DNA of 64,000 bases, taken from the NCBI GenBank assembly GCA_943704425.1, contig CALSCP010002418.1:1-64000 (forward strand), read 5' to 3'. The position numbers and the translations under genes are program-made. The notes below the pieces were generated by a model. That model was not told where the DNA came from, searched no databases, and was given only the letters and a program-made list of their open reading frames with translations. The DNA is from Ministeria vibrans ATCC 50519 (lineage: Eukaryota > Protista > Filasterea). This document shows, in pieces, positions 15,542-28,546 of the stretch; the first letter of the stretch is position 1, and each line of letters opens with the position of its first letter.

Positions 15542-16285
15542 CTTTGTTTCTTTCTCCCTCCTCTTTCTCCTTATGTTGGGTATTACCTTGCTGCAGTCTT
15601 TGATGCACTTGGCGTAGTCACCCGCCGCCCGATGTGCCGCACCTCGCAACGCTAGTGCCGGTCGGAACGTCTCGTCTAGCTTGAGGGCTGTAGTCGTCAG
15701 TGCCACCGTCCGTGTCCAATCGCCACCGTCAAACGCCGACTGCGCTTCGCCCATAAGTTGCACCGTCTCCGAAGTATCCGGCGATTGGGTGATTGCTTCA
15801 ACAATCCGCTTGCGATGGTTGCCAATCATAATTCCCGCTCGCATCAACGTCTTGTCTGTCAGTTTCATCACATGCTTCATACGCACCTCCTCGCGATCCG
15901 GTAGTCCATCCTTGATGCTTTCTATCAACTTGGCCGTGTACTCCTCGGCCGTCTCCTTTGCTAACTTGCCCTCCGTCTGCAAGAACTTGGCAAGCTCCTC
16001 GGCAAATCCCTTCTTACGCGCCTCCGCCTCCTCCACAGCCGCACGCTCGGCTTTTCGCTTCTCTCGATTCGCGTCCGCAATTGCTTTGGCCTCCAGTCGC
16101 TTGCGCTCCTTCTCTTGCTCTTCCTCCGTCAAGACTGGCTCCTCCTCCGCTACTGCGTCCTCCTCCTCGTCGTCCGGCACAGTCTCCGTCTCGCCTCCTT
16201 CCACGCCATCCTGTCCAGCCACCGATTCGCTCGATTCACCCACTCCGCCTGTCGTCCCCTTTGCATTCTCGTCACACTCGTCTCT

Positions 16286-16318
<33 letters not shown>

Positions 16319-16756
16319 AACCTGAACCTGCAAACAAACAATAAAATAATAAATCATCATCGTCAATGAAACTTGATCGTTCCCAACCTCGACTGGCGTT
16401 GCCTCTTCGACAATCTCTGCAGCCGGAGTGTCTCCATCTACATTCTGTTCAGACTCGTTGGCGGGCGCCAGTGCCTCAGCTGCCTCAGATGCAGCTTGCG
16501 GTGTGGTTTCGGTTTCGGCATCTGCTTCGGTTTGGGGCGCGTCTTCTTCAGTCTCCGCTGCAGCCACGGCCGCATCATCTCGCTCAGCTGCACCCTCAAC
16601 AGCCGCATCGTGCGTCGGGGGCTCCACAGCCGGCGCCTCGTCCGCACTCCGATCGGAAGGGGGCGCGTCGATGGTTGCGGTCGAGCCTGCCTTCTTCGCC
16701 TTCTTTGCCTTCTTGCCGCCTCCACCATCGCCTCCTTTCGAATTGCTCGATCCCAT
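14465..16756 (-). CDS. Putatively N-myristoylated acidic protein with a SAM-like domain and TPR repeats
   Basis: MGSSNSK followed by a polybasic stretch; SAM-like KLTDKTLMRAGIMIGNHRKRIVEAI; several TPRs (ALSNRGTAYYKQGQWSKAEKDLTTAIEVNPDD, AWATRGAARLQQKKHLDARRDLARALELDPAN); stop TAA at 14465. Confidence 0.75.
15409..15565 (+). repeat. Cluster of a dispersed intronic element, consensus TATCACTTTGTTTCTTTCTCCCTCCTCTCT
   Basis: Copies at ~15409, 15446 and 15537; related copies at ~14778, 14826, 23840, 23881, 30669, 30700, 49997, 50031, 57876, 57899, 57927, and reverse copies at ~41346 and ~63979. Confidence 0.8.
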
Positions 16757-16911
16757 TGATCAATCTCAATCAATGAAGCAAAGTGTTGATAAAATTTATC
16801 ACAGCATGGTTTTTTGGTTGGCAATAGATCGAAGATCGATGGAACTAAAACACTCTAAAATAATATTATATTTTTTAACATTTTTAACATTTTTTTTCTC
16901 AAGTCTCAACA

Positions 16912-19900
16912 ATGGACGCCAATCTAGAGGACTTCCAGTCCTTTGAGGATATTCAACTGGACAGGCGTACTGCTGAAGCGACCTTCAAGACCCGCTCCTC
17001 GCTCATTGCCGATCAAGACTTGGGTGAGCAAGAGATAACGTCTCACGCTTTCTTCTGAGTCGTCGGCTCTCTCTCTCTCTCTCCCTCTCGTTCTAGCTGC
17101 TTCCGGTCATCTTCAAGAGCAGTACAATTTCCAGGAGACGCTCGGCTATGGCGCGTATGGCCGGGCGCGGCTCGGCGAGTTTGCCAAGACCATCGCCAAC
17201 AACGTACCGCAGCCGTTTCGCCCTCTCGCCTCCCCTTCGCCTCACCCCCGCCTCCCGTCTCTTTCCCCATAGCCCTCTCAGCCTCTGTCGGCTCCGACCA
17301 GCGTCTCTGGTCGTGACCTCCGTGTCGTTCCCGACAACACAAGTCTTCGCGAGCGTAAGCTGCATTTGTGTTTTGTGTGGCGCCACGCGAGTTGCTGACC
17401 GCCCGCATTCTCTTTCTAGGGCTCGGCTGTGTAATAACCGGTCCCTGGCGTCGCTGGGTTTTGCAGCGCATCGGTGACGAGTGGGTCTTCCTCATGTTGC
17501 TTGGAATCGTGGCGGCTCTCAATGGCTACCTCATGGATTTGGTGGTGGACAAATTTCGCGGTCGTACGTCGTCTTGTTGTTTTTCTTCCTTTTTCGTTTA
17601 TTGTCTTTCATTTCTCGCTCACCCTTGGGCTCTACCCTCCCCTTTCTCCTCCTCACCGGATATTTTGTTTTCTAGTGCACATGACACTGATGAATGTGTC
17701 TGACATTGTGGGCGTCCAGTACATCTTGTGGACACTCTTTATGGTTCTCATGACCTTGGCGGCAGTTGCCGTGACGCACTACATTGAACCGAACGCCATT
17801 GGTTCGGGTATTCCCGAGATGAAGACCATTCTCAAGGGCATCAACCTTCATCATTATCTCTCGTTCACGACGCTCATTGCCAAAATCACCGGTCTTATTG
17901 TGGCCCTCGGCAGTGGCATTCCCATTGGCAAAGAGGGTCCCTTTGTGCATATTGCGAGCATTATCGCCAAGAAACTCATGAACGTTCCCGTCTTCCACGC
18001 CCTGCGCGACAACGAAGCACGCAAGCTTGAAATGCTGGGTGCGGCGTGCGCTGTTGGTGTCGCTTGCAACTTTGGTACGCCCATTGGTGGAGTGCTCTTC
18101 TCCATTGAGGTCACATCGACGTACTTTGCTGTGCGCAACTACTGGCGCGGGTTCTTTGCTGCCGTTGTGGGCGCCCTGCTGTTCCGTCTGCTGGCCGTGT
18201 ACGATCAAGCGAACCGTACCATCACCACTATGTTCGACACGGACTTCAATGACTTTGCCTTTGACGTTGAGGAACTCCTTGCTTTCTGCGTCGTCGGCCT
18301 CTGTTGCGGCCTTCTCGCCTCACTCTGGGTCTGGATGCACCGTGCCATCATTCACACGCGCCGCAAGTACCGCCACAAGATGCGCTGGATGTACAGAAAG
18401 TACGTCACCAACAACCGAAAAACAGAAAACAAAATGAGAAAACAATTAGTATTATTGTTAGCGTCTTTGGCCTGTACTCCACACAATGTTCTAATTCTTT
18501 TTTCAATCAATCTGTTTTTTTTTTTTTTTTTTCCCCCNNNNNNNNNTAATTTAAATTTTAATTTAATTTATTCATTTTTATAACTCTTTACTCTTTACCC
18601 TTCCGTTTTTCTGCAGCCGATTTATCTACCCTTTCATTGTGGCATTGCTGACTGCGACTCTGATGTTCCCCGGAGGCATTGGAGAGTATATGGGCCTTTC
18701 GACAAAGCAACTGATTCGCGAGCTGTTCTCGTCGAACCAGGACTCCAACTGTGGCGCCAGCCAACAGCACGACCAGCCCAACCCGCTCGACGTCACCTTT
18801 CCCCACTGGGGCAATCCCAACCTTTTTGTCGCTCTCATCGTCTCCTTTCTCATCCGCTTTCTCCTCACGACCATTGTCGTCTCTCTTCCCATTCCTGCTG
18901 GCGTCTTCGTTCCCGTCTTCCTCCTTGGTACTGCAAACAACAACAACAGCAAACAAAATGTATATCATACTAGTTACTAAGTCTTAATTTTTTCGTTCGT
19001 CAGGAGCCATCTTTGGACGGTTGTTTGGCGAGGTGATGCAACTGGTGTTCCCGGCGGGCATCCAAGGCCCTTTGTCGCCCACCACGATTGATCCTGGTGG
19101 CTATGCAGTAGTGGGTGCGGCAGCTCTTGCAGCGGGCGTCACGCACACCATCAGTACGTCCGTCATCGTCTTTGAGCTCACTGGCCAGATTGTCCACATC
19201 ATGCCCGTCATGATCGCCGTCCTCATTGCCAATGCGGTCGCCCAGCTCCTCACCCCTTCCATCTACGACTCAATCATTCAAATCAAGAGCCTTCCGTATC
19301 TTCCCGATCTTCGCAAAGGACGGTACGTCATTTACCCTCCATTCATTTTTCTTTCATTTTCACCAACTACATGAAATCTTATGCTTTTTTTTTTAGAGCA
19401 TACAATGTAAAGGCGCGTGACATTATGGAACCGGCAGGTTTGCTCCTGCACAGCAAGAGCACATACGCAGATGTGGAACGCATGCTGCATGATTCAACAC
19501 ACGCCTCCTTCCCCGTCATTGACTCCCTCGAGTCCACGATGCTCATTGGCTCGGTACGGCGCACCGCCCTTGAGTCGGTCCTCGTTCGTCACTTGAGCGT
19601 CCTCGATACCGTTGCTGTTTCGGTCGAAGACAGTGACTCGGGTCGCGACGACGATGATGATGACGATGAGGAAGAAGGTCGGGATCATGCGGGCAACAGC
19701 AACGGCGAGCAGCCGCTGCTGAAGCGCAAGGCTCTGCCCGATCGTGACCTTAACTCGTCCGTGACGTCGACCTCTTCGATACCACGTAGCGTATCGTTCG
19801 CGCTTGCCAACGAGACGGACGACGAAGATGCCAAGTCACGCAAGATACGCATGCAGGTGGCCTTGTCGCAGCGTTCTATCAGCGACACGACGCCACAGCG

Positions 19901-21151
19901 ACAGGCTCAACTTGTGAATGCATCCCGATCGTCTGCCGGTCAAGCGGGCCGTCAGTCGCCCATTGGACGTGCCTTGGCACGTCTCTCCGTCTCGCTATTC
20001 AACCGCAGCGGTTCCATCGATACCAATACTCACCAGCATGGGGCGCATTCGCTCGATTTGCGACGTAAGGCTCTCCTCGATGAGCGCCTCAACTTTGGCC
20101 TGGTGCGCATCGACGCGAGTCCCTTCCAGATGGTAGACAATATGAGTCTCCACAAGGTCCATACTCTTTTCTCTCTCTTGGGCCTTACCCATGCCTTTGT
20201 TACCCGCATGGGCCGTGTCGTTGGCATTATCACTCTCAGTCGTCTTCGTGACGCCATTGAGGTACACTACAAAACGAACGAAAATAACAAGTTTTCGTCT
20301 TTCCTCCTATGTCTTCTTCTTAATAATAATTGTTGCAGGGCACTATGGAAATGGCCATTGCCGATGAGAGAGACGCGTACGCTGCCCTTAACGGAGGCCA
20401 TCATCACGATCACGGCAACGGGGACAATAGTGGCGACGACAGTAATAATGATGGTGACGATGCGCGCGACAGTGATAGTGGCGGCAACAGCTCGGACGAT
20501 GGTGCAGATGCGCTGGGCGTGGATCGAGAGGAAGACGGTTCAGCGCCACCGCACGCAACAGCAGTGTCAACGCGTGCCAAAGGCAAGCTCACTACTCCTA
20601 CCGCTACGCGCCGTCATCGCGGTGCGGGACGTCCTTCAAGCACATCAAGTGTCGATCGTCGCCGGCCGACATCGTCGCGCCCCTCCAGCACAACTAGCGG
20701 TGGTGGCGGTCGTAACTCGCGCCCTGGCAGCTCCTCCACTGTCATTCTCACTCCTACCGAAGCAGTCCGATTGCAAGAGAAGCAACGTGAGGGCAAGCAA
20801 CCCCGTCCTGCGTCACGCCCCGGCTCGTCCATCGCTGCACCCCCGCCGACTGTCTCGCCTACCGCCACGCCGTCTGTGCCCGCCTCGTCTGCAGTAGCCG
20901 CCTCCAGTAGTCCCAGTGTAGCGGCACCTCCTGTGCGGCGCGGTCGTTTTGACGTCGCCCCTGCCGAGTCTCCTCGCACAGTGGTAAGAGAAAAAAATCA
21001 CTAAAAAAAACATTGTTTTCATGTTTTCATTTCCCTTCTATAGACTGATGTTCTGGAAATGGACGATCTAACGGCAGAGGAGACACTGGCGGACACAATG
21101 CAAACCGTCGTCCACGGGCGACTGCGCCTTAATAATGCCGACGACGATTAG
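16912..21151 (+). CDS. CLCN2: ClC chloride channel, ClC-1/ClC-2 branch, with two CBS domains
   Basis: [37 protein letters not shown] motifs; CBS segments FPVIDS and [15 protein letters not shown]; spliced last exon ends NNADDD-TAG at 21151. Confidence 0.9.
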
Positions 21152-21236
21152 TGTGATGATTGCTGGTTGGGAAGAATGTACTATTGCGATGGAAGCTCGT
21201 CTTTTTTTATGACAATTAATTTTGAATTTTGTGTAC

Positions 21237-22745
21237 TCAGACGACCTTTTTGTACTCAAGCTTGTTCTCGAGCTTCTTGCTCTCGACCACTTTGCGTACA
21301 GCCTTCATAAAGTCCTCCTCTGTCACATACTCTCGCTCCGCCCGAATGGCAAACATGCCCGCCTCCGTGCACACATTGCGCAAGTCAGCTCCGTTGAAAC
21401 CGTCCGACAATTTGACAACAGCCTAAACATTCCCACGTTAAAAGACATTATCATAAGTTCATTTCGACGGCCCATACCTCGTAGTCAATGTCACCGTGCT
21501 TGGTGATGTGCGCTGCGTGGATCTTCAGGATTTCCAGACGCGCTTGCTCGTTTGGCAGAGGAATTTCAATCTGAATGGATACAGCCATGGTTGAGCTGAA
21601 AGAAAAACTAAAAAAAAATAAAAGTACCTTTCGATCGAGACGGCCGGGACGCAACAAAGCAGGATCGAGCGTGTCTGGCCGGTTTGTCGCCATGATAATC
21701 TTCACCTTGCCCAATACATCAAAGCCATCCATTTGATTGAGAAGCTATTTTATTGGGAGTTGTAAGATGAGCCAGAGAGAAAGTGATAAGAAAATGAAGA
21801 GTAAAGAGAGAAGAAAAAAAGACTTGATACAACAAGAATAAACAAACAAAAAAAAAAACAAAAACTTCACAAACATGACGGCTCAAACATGTTACAAAAT
21901 AATATTGATCATGTTACCTCCATGAGGGTTCGTTGAATTTCACGATCGGCCGACGTTCCCTCGGAAAAACGACGTCCACCAATGGCATCGATTTCGTCCA
22001 TGAAGATAATGCAGGGCTCATGGGAGCGAGCGTATGCAAACATCTCGCGAATGACACGCGCACTCTCACCAATGTACTTATCGACAATGGCCGAACTGAC
22101 CACCTTGAGAAAGTCGCAGGACATACTGTTGGCAACCACCTTGGCCAGCAATGTCTTGCCCGTGCCCGGCGGACCGTACAGCAACACTCCCTTTGGCGGC
22201 TTGATGCCCACACGCAGGAACAATTCCGGATTGGTCAGCGGCAACTCAATAACCTCGCGCAATTCGCGCAGCTGATCACCGAGACCGCCCACATCGGAAT
22301 AGGACACTCTGTCGGAGAAAGATGGCAGCAAGTAAGTAATTGAGTAGCCCTTCAATGTCATTCAACGATAATTCGTACTTGCCGGGGTCTTCTGACGACA
22401 TTTTGAAGACGAGCGGATCGACTTCGCGAGGCAAGATGCGCATAATGGTGAGCGTCGTCATGTCCAGCGTCACGCGCGCCCCCTTCTTCAGCGCCGCGCG
22501 ATCCACCTGTCGACGACAGCCAACCACGTATCGCGGACCACTGCTCGCCTTCACAATGAACCGATGCTCGTCTAACTGTTTCAACACCTAAAGCGGACGC
22601 AAGCGAGTCTGAGCAGCAGTCCCCAACACACCTCCTTTGCGCGCCCCTACCTCCCCAATGATTTGTCCCACACTTTGCAGTGCCTTGAGGTTGTCCTCGC
22701 TTCGTTCGTAATCTTTATTGATCTCGCGAAGTTTCTCACGCACTG
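21237..22745 (-). CDS. PSMC6: 26S proteasome AAA-ATPase Rpt4 (first exon lost in N gap)
   Basis: [55 protein letters not shown]; C-terminus KLEYKKVV. Confidence 0.95.
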
Positions 22746-22792
22746 TGTCAGAACGAAAGAGAATGAGAATGAAAACGGTTTAGTCGCGACTG

Positions 22793-22832
<40 letters not shown>

Positions 22833-23195
22833 NNNNNNNNNNNNNNNNNNNNNNNNNNNNNNNNNNNNNNNNNNNNNNNNNNNNNNNNNNNNNNNNNNNN
22901 NNNNNNNNNNNNNNNNNNNNNNNNNNNNNNNNNNNNNNNNNNNNNNNNNNNNNNNNNNNNNNNNNNNNNNNNNNNNNNNNNNNNNNNNNNNNNNNNNNNN
23001 NNNNNNNNNNNNNNNNNNNNNNNNNNNNNNNNNNNNNNNNNNNNNNNNNNNNNNNNNNNNNNNNNNNNNNNNNNNNNNNNNNNNNNNNNNNNNNNNNNNN
23101 NNNNNNNNNNNNNNNNNNNNNNNNNNNNNNNNNNNNNNNNNNNNNNNNNNNNNNNNNNNNNNNNNNNNNNNNNNNNNNNNNNNNNNNNNNNNNNN
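22833..23195. other. Scaffold gap, probably under-sized
   Basis: N run between poly-T and (CT)n. The 5' ends of both divergent neighbours (RPT4 and the MFS gene) are missing. Confidence 0.85.
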
Positions 23196-23281
<86 letters not shown>

Positions 23282-23307
23282 ACACAACTCCTTTGCTCTC
23301 TGCTTAG

Positions 23308-23927
23308 GCAGCCGTGACGGACCTCACGACACAAGAGACTCGCGCCGCCTCGCTTGGCCGCCTTGGTCTTTTTTATGGTATTGGCTATGTTGCGGGACCC
23401 GTCCTCGGTGGGTCCATGTCGAGTTACATCGGACCCGACGGCGTCGCTGCTCTCGCCGCTTTGCTCAGCTTTGTCAGCGTTCCCTTTACTCTCTCACTGC
23501 TCCCTGACACACGTTCGGTCGCTCTGAAGCAGCACGCAGCCTCTTCCAACGACAGCGCCACGCCAGCATCGTCGTTCTCGCTCTCCGAGTTCCGTCGCGT
23601 CCTCGCCAGCGCCGGCCTCCGCAACTTTCTGCTGCTCAAGCTTTTCCTCGGCCTCTCCTTCTCCATCTTCCAATCAAACTTTTCGCTCGTCGCCGACAAA
23701 GAATTCCACCTCGACACTCAGCAAATAGGCTTCGTTCTGTCGGCGTCCGCCGCCGTCGGCATTGTCGTTCAGGCCATTGGCATTTCTGTTCTCCAAGTCA
23801 GTTCACTCAATATAATAATAGTTATACTCTCTCTCTCTCTATCACTTTGTTCCTTTCTATCTCCTCTCTCTCTTTCTCTCTATCACTTTGTTTCTTTCTC
23901 CCTCCCTCATTTCTCTCTCTCTCTCTC

Positions 23928-24010
<83 letters not shown>

Positions 24011-24562
24011 CTCTCTCTCTCAAACTCTCTCAAACTCTCTCTCTCTCAAACTCTCTCTCAAACTCTCTCAAACACTCTCAAACTCTCTCTCTCAAACTCT
24101 CTCTCTCAAACTCTCTCTCTCAATCTCTCTCTCTCTCAAACTCTCGCTCATCACCATGTTTTTTTCCCCCTCTTACCTCAGCGTTTCTTGTCTGACGCCA
24201 ACCTGCTTCGAGGCAGTGCCATTGTTATGTGCTGCGGGTTCACGTCGCTTGCCTTTGCACACTCTACTACATCGCTTCTCTGCTCTGTCTTCCCCGTCAT
24301 TGCTGCGGGCGTGCTCATCCGTGTCCTTGCGCAGGCACTACTCACCTCTACAGTCGATCTCAAAGACACAGGCACCGCCATTGGCCTCGACCATGGCATT
24401 GGCTCCCTCTGTGGTGTTATCTCGCCCCTCACAGGTGCCTTCATCTATAGCAATTTTACCTACCCCGCTGTTGCTGCAACCTGTGCTTCGCTCGCCTTTG
24501 TCGCTCTCATGCATGCCCACTTCAACATTCGTCTTTCACCCAAGAAGACAAAGGCGGACTAA
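23308..24562 (+). CDS. MFS transporter, DHA1/SLC22A18-MFSD9-like (N-terminal part missing in gap)
   Basis: DLTTQETRAASLGRLGLFYGIGYVAGPVLGG (motif C region), several TM helices, GTAIGLDHGIGSLCGVISPLTGAFIY. Confidence 0.8.
24000..24145 (+). repeat. Intronic compound microsatellite (CTCAAA-CTCTCT)n
   Basis: About 11 CAAA/CAA interruptions within (CT)n. Confidence 0.8.
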
Positions 24563-25079
24563 TTATATTATTTTGATCCGTTTTGTATTATTATTCCGTA
24601 TAACGTATTCTTTTGACATGAAACGCTTCACTTCCCACTCCTCTACTATTGTCCGAATGAGCATAATAAGCATATTCAATACAATAGTCCAGTCGATCGC
24701 CAGTAATAAATTGTATTGAGTATACCATGTCCCGCTCATGTAGTCATGTTCACAGTGGAACCACTGGAAACGATGGAATGAGAGTGGATTATGCTGAGGA
24801 GTGGGGATGACCGGATGAGTCATGAGTAGACCGCAATTCGCAAAGAGCCGGCAACGATCGAATATTCATTGGTCGATCGAGTATCGACTAATGTTTCGAA
24901 AATTGGAAAAAAAATTATTATTCATTCAATTTACTCTCTTGTCTCACGCTAATCTTCGAACTTGCGTTTATTAACACCCGTCGTCACTTGTGACCCCCTC
25001 TTAAAAGAACAGCGGGACTTTTGACACTCACAACTCAAAAAAAAAAAAAAAGTTGCAAAGTTTGCCACTTCTGAAAACA

Positions 25080-28000
25080 ATGGATTCCCAACGCATACCG
25101 CTGTCGCCGTCGCGTAAAACATCGACGTACTACGAAAACAAGGTGAGGGGCCCGCGCAACTGCAGCTGTGCAAGTCTGCAAATGTGTTTTGCATTGGTGT
25201 CAAATCATTTGTTTGCCACTTTTTGAAAAAAAAAAAAAAAAAAAAAAAACTAGAAATGGTTCTTACACTCTCTTGTGGAACAGGTGCGCAACGAGAACCC
25301 TGATGATGTGCTTCGAAAGTACCAAGAGAAGCGTGCGGCGCGCAAGCTGCACAAGGACCGCGCCGCAGACGCGCCAGAGCCGCTTGAGCCATCACAGTCG
25401 CAAGAGGTGCGCCATTTCAAAAACGACGATCAAAACAAATGTATTTATTGTTTGCGCAGCCCACTCTCCGTTCCGAGTCTCCCACGACGCGCATTACAAC
25501 AGCCCGTATGGAACGCGACCGCAAGCGCCGCGAACGAGAGGAGGAAAATGCACAAATTGAACGGGCAAACAAGGTACGCGTAATCAGAGCATCCCATCCG
25601 AAGCACAACAGACGACTCACTGTGGATGCTTGCGTAGCACATCCAGGAACTCCGCGAGCAGGCCCAAGAAACGCTCACACAGACATCAACCGCCACAGCC
25701 AAGGCGCCACCGGCGCGTCCTTCGCGTGAGAGTGCCATGAAGGCCAAGGCGATTATTCGCGCCAAAGCCGAAGCGGCTGCGGCTGCAGCTGCTGCCATGG
25801 AAACGCCAGCCAATGCGCTCCAGTCGACACCCGAAGAAGCAACTTCGGCTGTTGTTGAGCCACCTGTGGCTGCTGCTGCTGCTCCTGCTGCTGCTCCTGC
25901 TGCTGCCATCGTCGCACCAGCCAAGAAGAAGAAGAAGGTGCCCCCTCCCCGTCCCTCGCGCAAGAGCAAGGATGTCGCTGCTCAAGCCATTCTCAACAAC
26001 GCGCGTGCTGCTCAGGCTGCAGCTGACACTGCGCGCGCTCAGTCGATCGCTGCCATGGAAGAGATTGTCCAGGCAGCCAAAGAGTCGGAGGAGCAGCAGG
26101 AACCGGAGACGGAGAGCATGCCGGTCGAGAAGGACACAAACATGAGCGTGTCGTCGCCACCGTCCATGTCAGAGCTGAGCCACTGCAGCTCGGCGAGCGA
26201 CGTGTCGTCGGTGCTTTCGTCGTCATTCAGCTCGTCGCTGTCATCCACGTCTCTTGACTCTTCTCTCAGCTCGTCGCACGACTCTAGCTTCACCCACGAC
26301 AGCGATCTCATTGACGACAACGACGCGCCCGTCCTCACCGAGTCCATGATTGTCATTCAAGGGCTTGACAAACAGGAACCGTGTATCAATATTGCCGCTG
26401 AGGTGGCGCCCGCTGTGGCATCTGCCGTGGCAGACGACTCCTCGGAGGTCATGGACACGTCCGACGAGTCGGCCGCTGTGGGCCAGCTTGACTTTGTCGC
26501 TGACAACAACAGCTTCACCGACTCCGCCATGGACACGGAAGCGGACGATGCGTCAGCGATGGACGAGTCAACGCCCCAGCGTCCCTCGACCGCTAACTCG
26601 TTGGGCTCGCTCGAGCTCGATGCGTCACTCCAGCTGGCCGCCGCGCGTGTCTACGATATGTCGCCCGAGGCAAGCCCCGCGCCCGTCCCCACTCTCTCCA
26701 CGCCGACTCATAATGGTGATGCTGATGAGGAAGCGTCTAGCGTGACGCCGTCGCGATATCGCGGCATGTCACCCTCACTGCGGGTGCGTGGTAGTCGCAT
26801 GGGCCAGTCGAAGCGCGAGAACCTTGGTGCGGCGCTCAAGTCGCTCGAGGACGAGTACAACGTCATTGCTGCCAAGGTGGAGGGAAGCCGTGTACAGCAC
26901 AAGAAGGCGGTCACCATGTACGAAGGGGCTCTCAAGTGCATGGAGGCGCACAACACGGTGGGCCATCGTACACTGTATCTCGATGCCGAGAAGGTCGCAC
27001 AGAAGCACGAAAAACTCTCGTCAGTTCTCAAAATCTCCATTGAGAAGGGCGAGCTCGACATGTTGCATCTCAAGCAGCGCATCACGACGCTGCGCACGGG
27101 CATTGCACGTGGTGGTCGTGTGCCCTCTTCGCCCGGCGGCATCCACAAGGCGTCTGGCTCCGGCTCGCGCGTCTCGTCGCGTACCGACGAGGAGATGCAG
27201 GCATTGCAACAACTCGCGCTGTCCTCTTGCCCCGGCGAAGGCACACCCACTAAGGCTTGCTCGGGCACACTCACACTGAATGCCATCATCGTGCCCATGC
27301 TGTACGACCCTCACAATGTGGGACGCAACAGCGACCGCTGCTACCATGCCATTGTTCGCATGGGCACACACGTTGTCGAGACGGAAACCCTCTACAATGT
27401 CGACAACGAGATTGTCTTCACCAACCTCGACGAGTTCCACAACGTTCAGATCGAGTCCGACTTCCAGATTGAGCTGTCCATCTACAGCAACTCCATGGTG
27501 GACTCGGCCCCACATGCGTCGTCCAGCTCTGCCGCCTCCGTCGTCGCAGCAGTTGCTGCACCTGCTGCCGCCGCATTCAAGTCGCCCCGCAAGACGGTGC
27601 GCAAGCTTGTCAGCAACCTCATAGGCCGATCCGACACAACGCCCAAGAAGCAGTCGGTGCGACAGCAGGCCTCAATGCAGCAGCTGGCATCGTCGGCTGC
27701 CGCGGTCACGACCACGCGCATTCCGTGCGTGGACGAACGTCCGTCGCTTGTTGGACGGGTCATTGTAAACCGTCACACTATTGCGAAGGGGTGCCACAGT
27801 CTCGACATGGAGACAGCGAGCGCAGTCGACGGTGACGTGCGCGGCACCGTTCACATTCAGTACGACCTGCAGATTCACGCTGAGCACCCTGCGCGCGCCG
27901 GCGAGATGACGTTGTACCAAGGTATCGAGCCGACGCTGTACCACTGTCGTCTGCAGCAACAGTTTCTCTGTGCCTGGCTCGAGTACGAGAAGGTTGGCGT

Positions 28001-28256
28001 GGAGACGCCCTCCGTCACATTTGACCTGACGCAGTGCGGCAACCGCAACTGCATCGAGGTGGACACAACCAAGATGCGCCGCACCAACACCGTGCATCTG
28101 CACCTCACCGCTGATCCGTCTGCCGAGCCTCGTCGCGCTTGTTTCCCCAGCCAGCGCGAAATGCACCTGTGGATCAGTGCCATCAACCGTGTCTCTGCAA
28201 ACCACCGCGCCTGGGGCGCCCTCCTTGACCCTGCCCCCATCTGCTCGGCTGTCTGA
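25080..28256 (+). CDS. ANLN: Anillin-like protein (disordered N-terminus, coiled coil, anillin-homology C2-like domain, PH domain)
   Basis: GTLTLNAIIVPM..IVRMGTHVVET..IVFTN..SDFQIELSIYS; C-terminal PH GEMTLY..CRLQQQFLCAW..FDLTQC..RRTNT..EMHLWISAIN..AW. Confidence 0.7.
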
Positions 28257-28374
28257 GTCAATTTCCTCCATTGATACCAATGCCAGAAAAAAATAAGAGA
28301 GCTCGAGAGAGAGAGAGAGGAGAGTATTTATCGGGGCTCGTCGTCCGTTGAGTTTTCCGAAAGAGTGCTTTTGT

Positions 28375-28495
28375 AAAGACCAGAACAGAATAAGAGTAAT
28401 AAATTTAATAATTTTAATGGAAGAAAAAAAAAAGACCAGAACAGAATAAGAGTAATAAACAATAATAATTTTAATGGAAGAAAAAAAAACACCAG
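28375..28495. repeat. Imperfect ~58-nt tandem duplication between convergent 3' ends
   Basis: AAAGACCAGAACAGAATAAGAGTAATAAA...AATAATTTTAATGGAAGAAAAAAAAA occurs twice. Confidence 0.8.
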
Positions 28496-28546
28496 CTTGT
28501 ACTTGAGAGAAGTGATGCATATATAGTACATTGATGCGCGTAGGTC

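Noticed and set aside
22745-23310. RPT4 and MFS genes look 5'-truncated, like pseudogenes
   Set aside because: The missing exons fall in the scaffold gap, and the remaining exons are intact.
27672-28520. Long antisense ORFs over GC-rich exons (also 7886-8524, 43782-44447, 54327-54965)
   Set aside because: Shadow frames of real genes, with no recognisable motifs.
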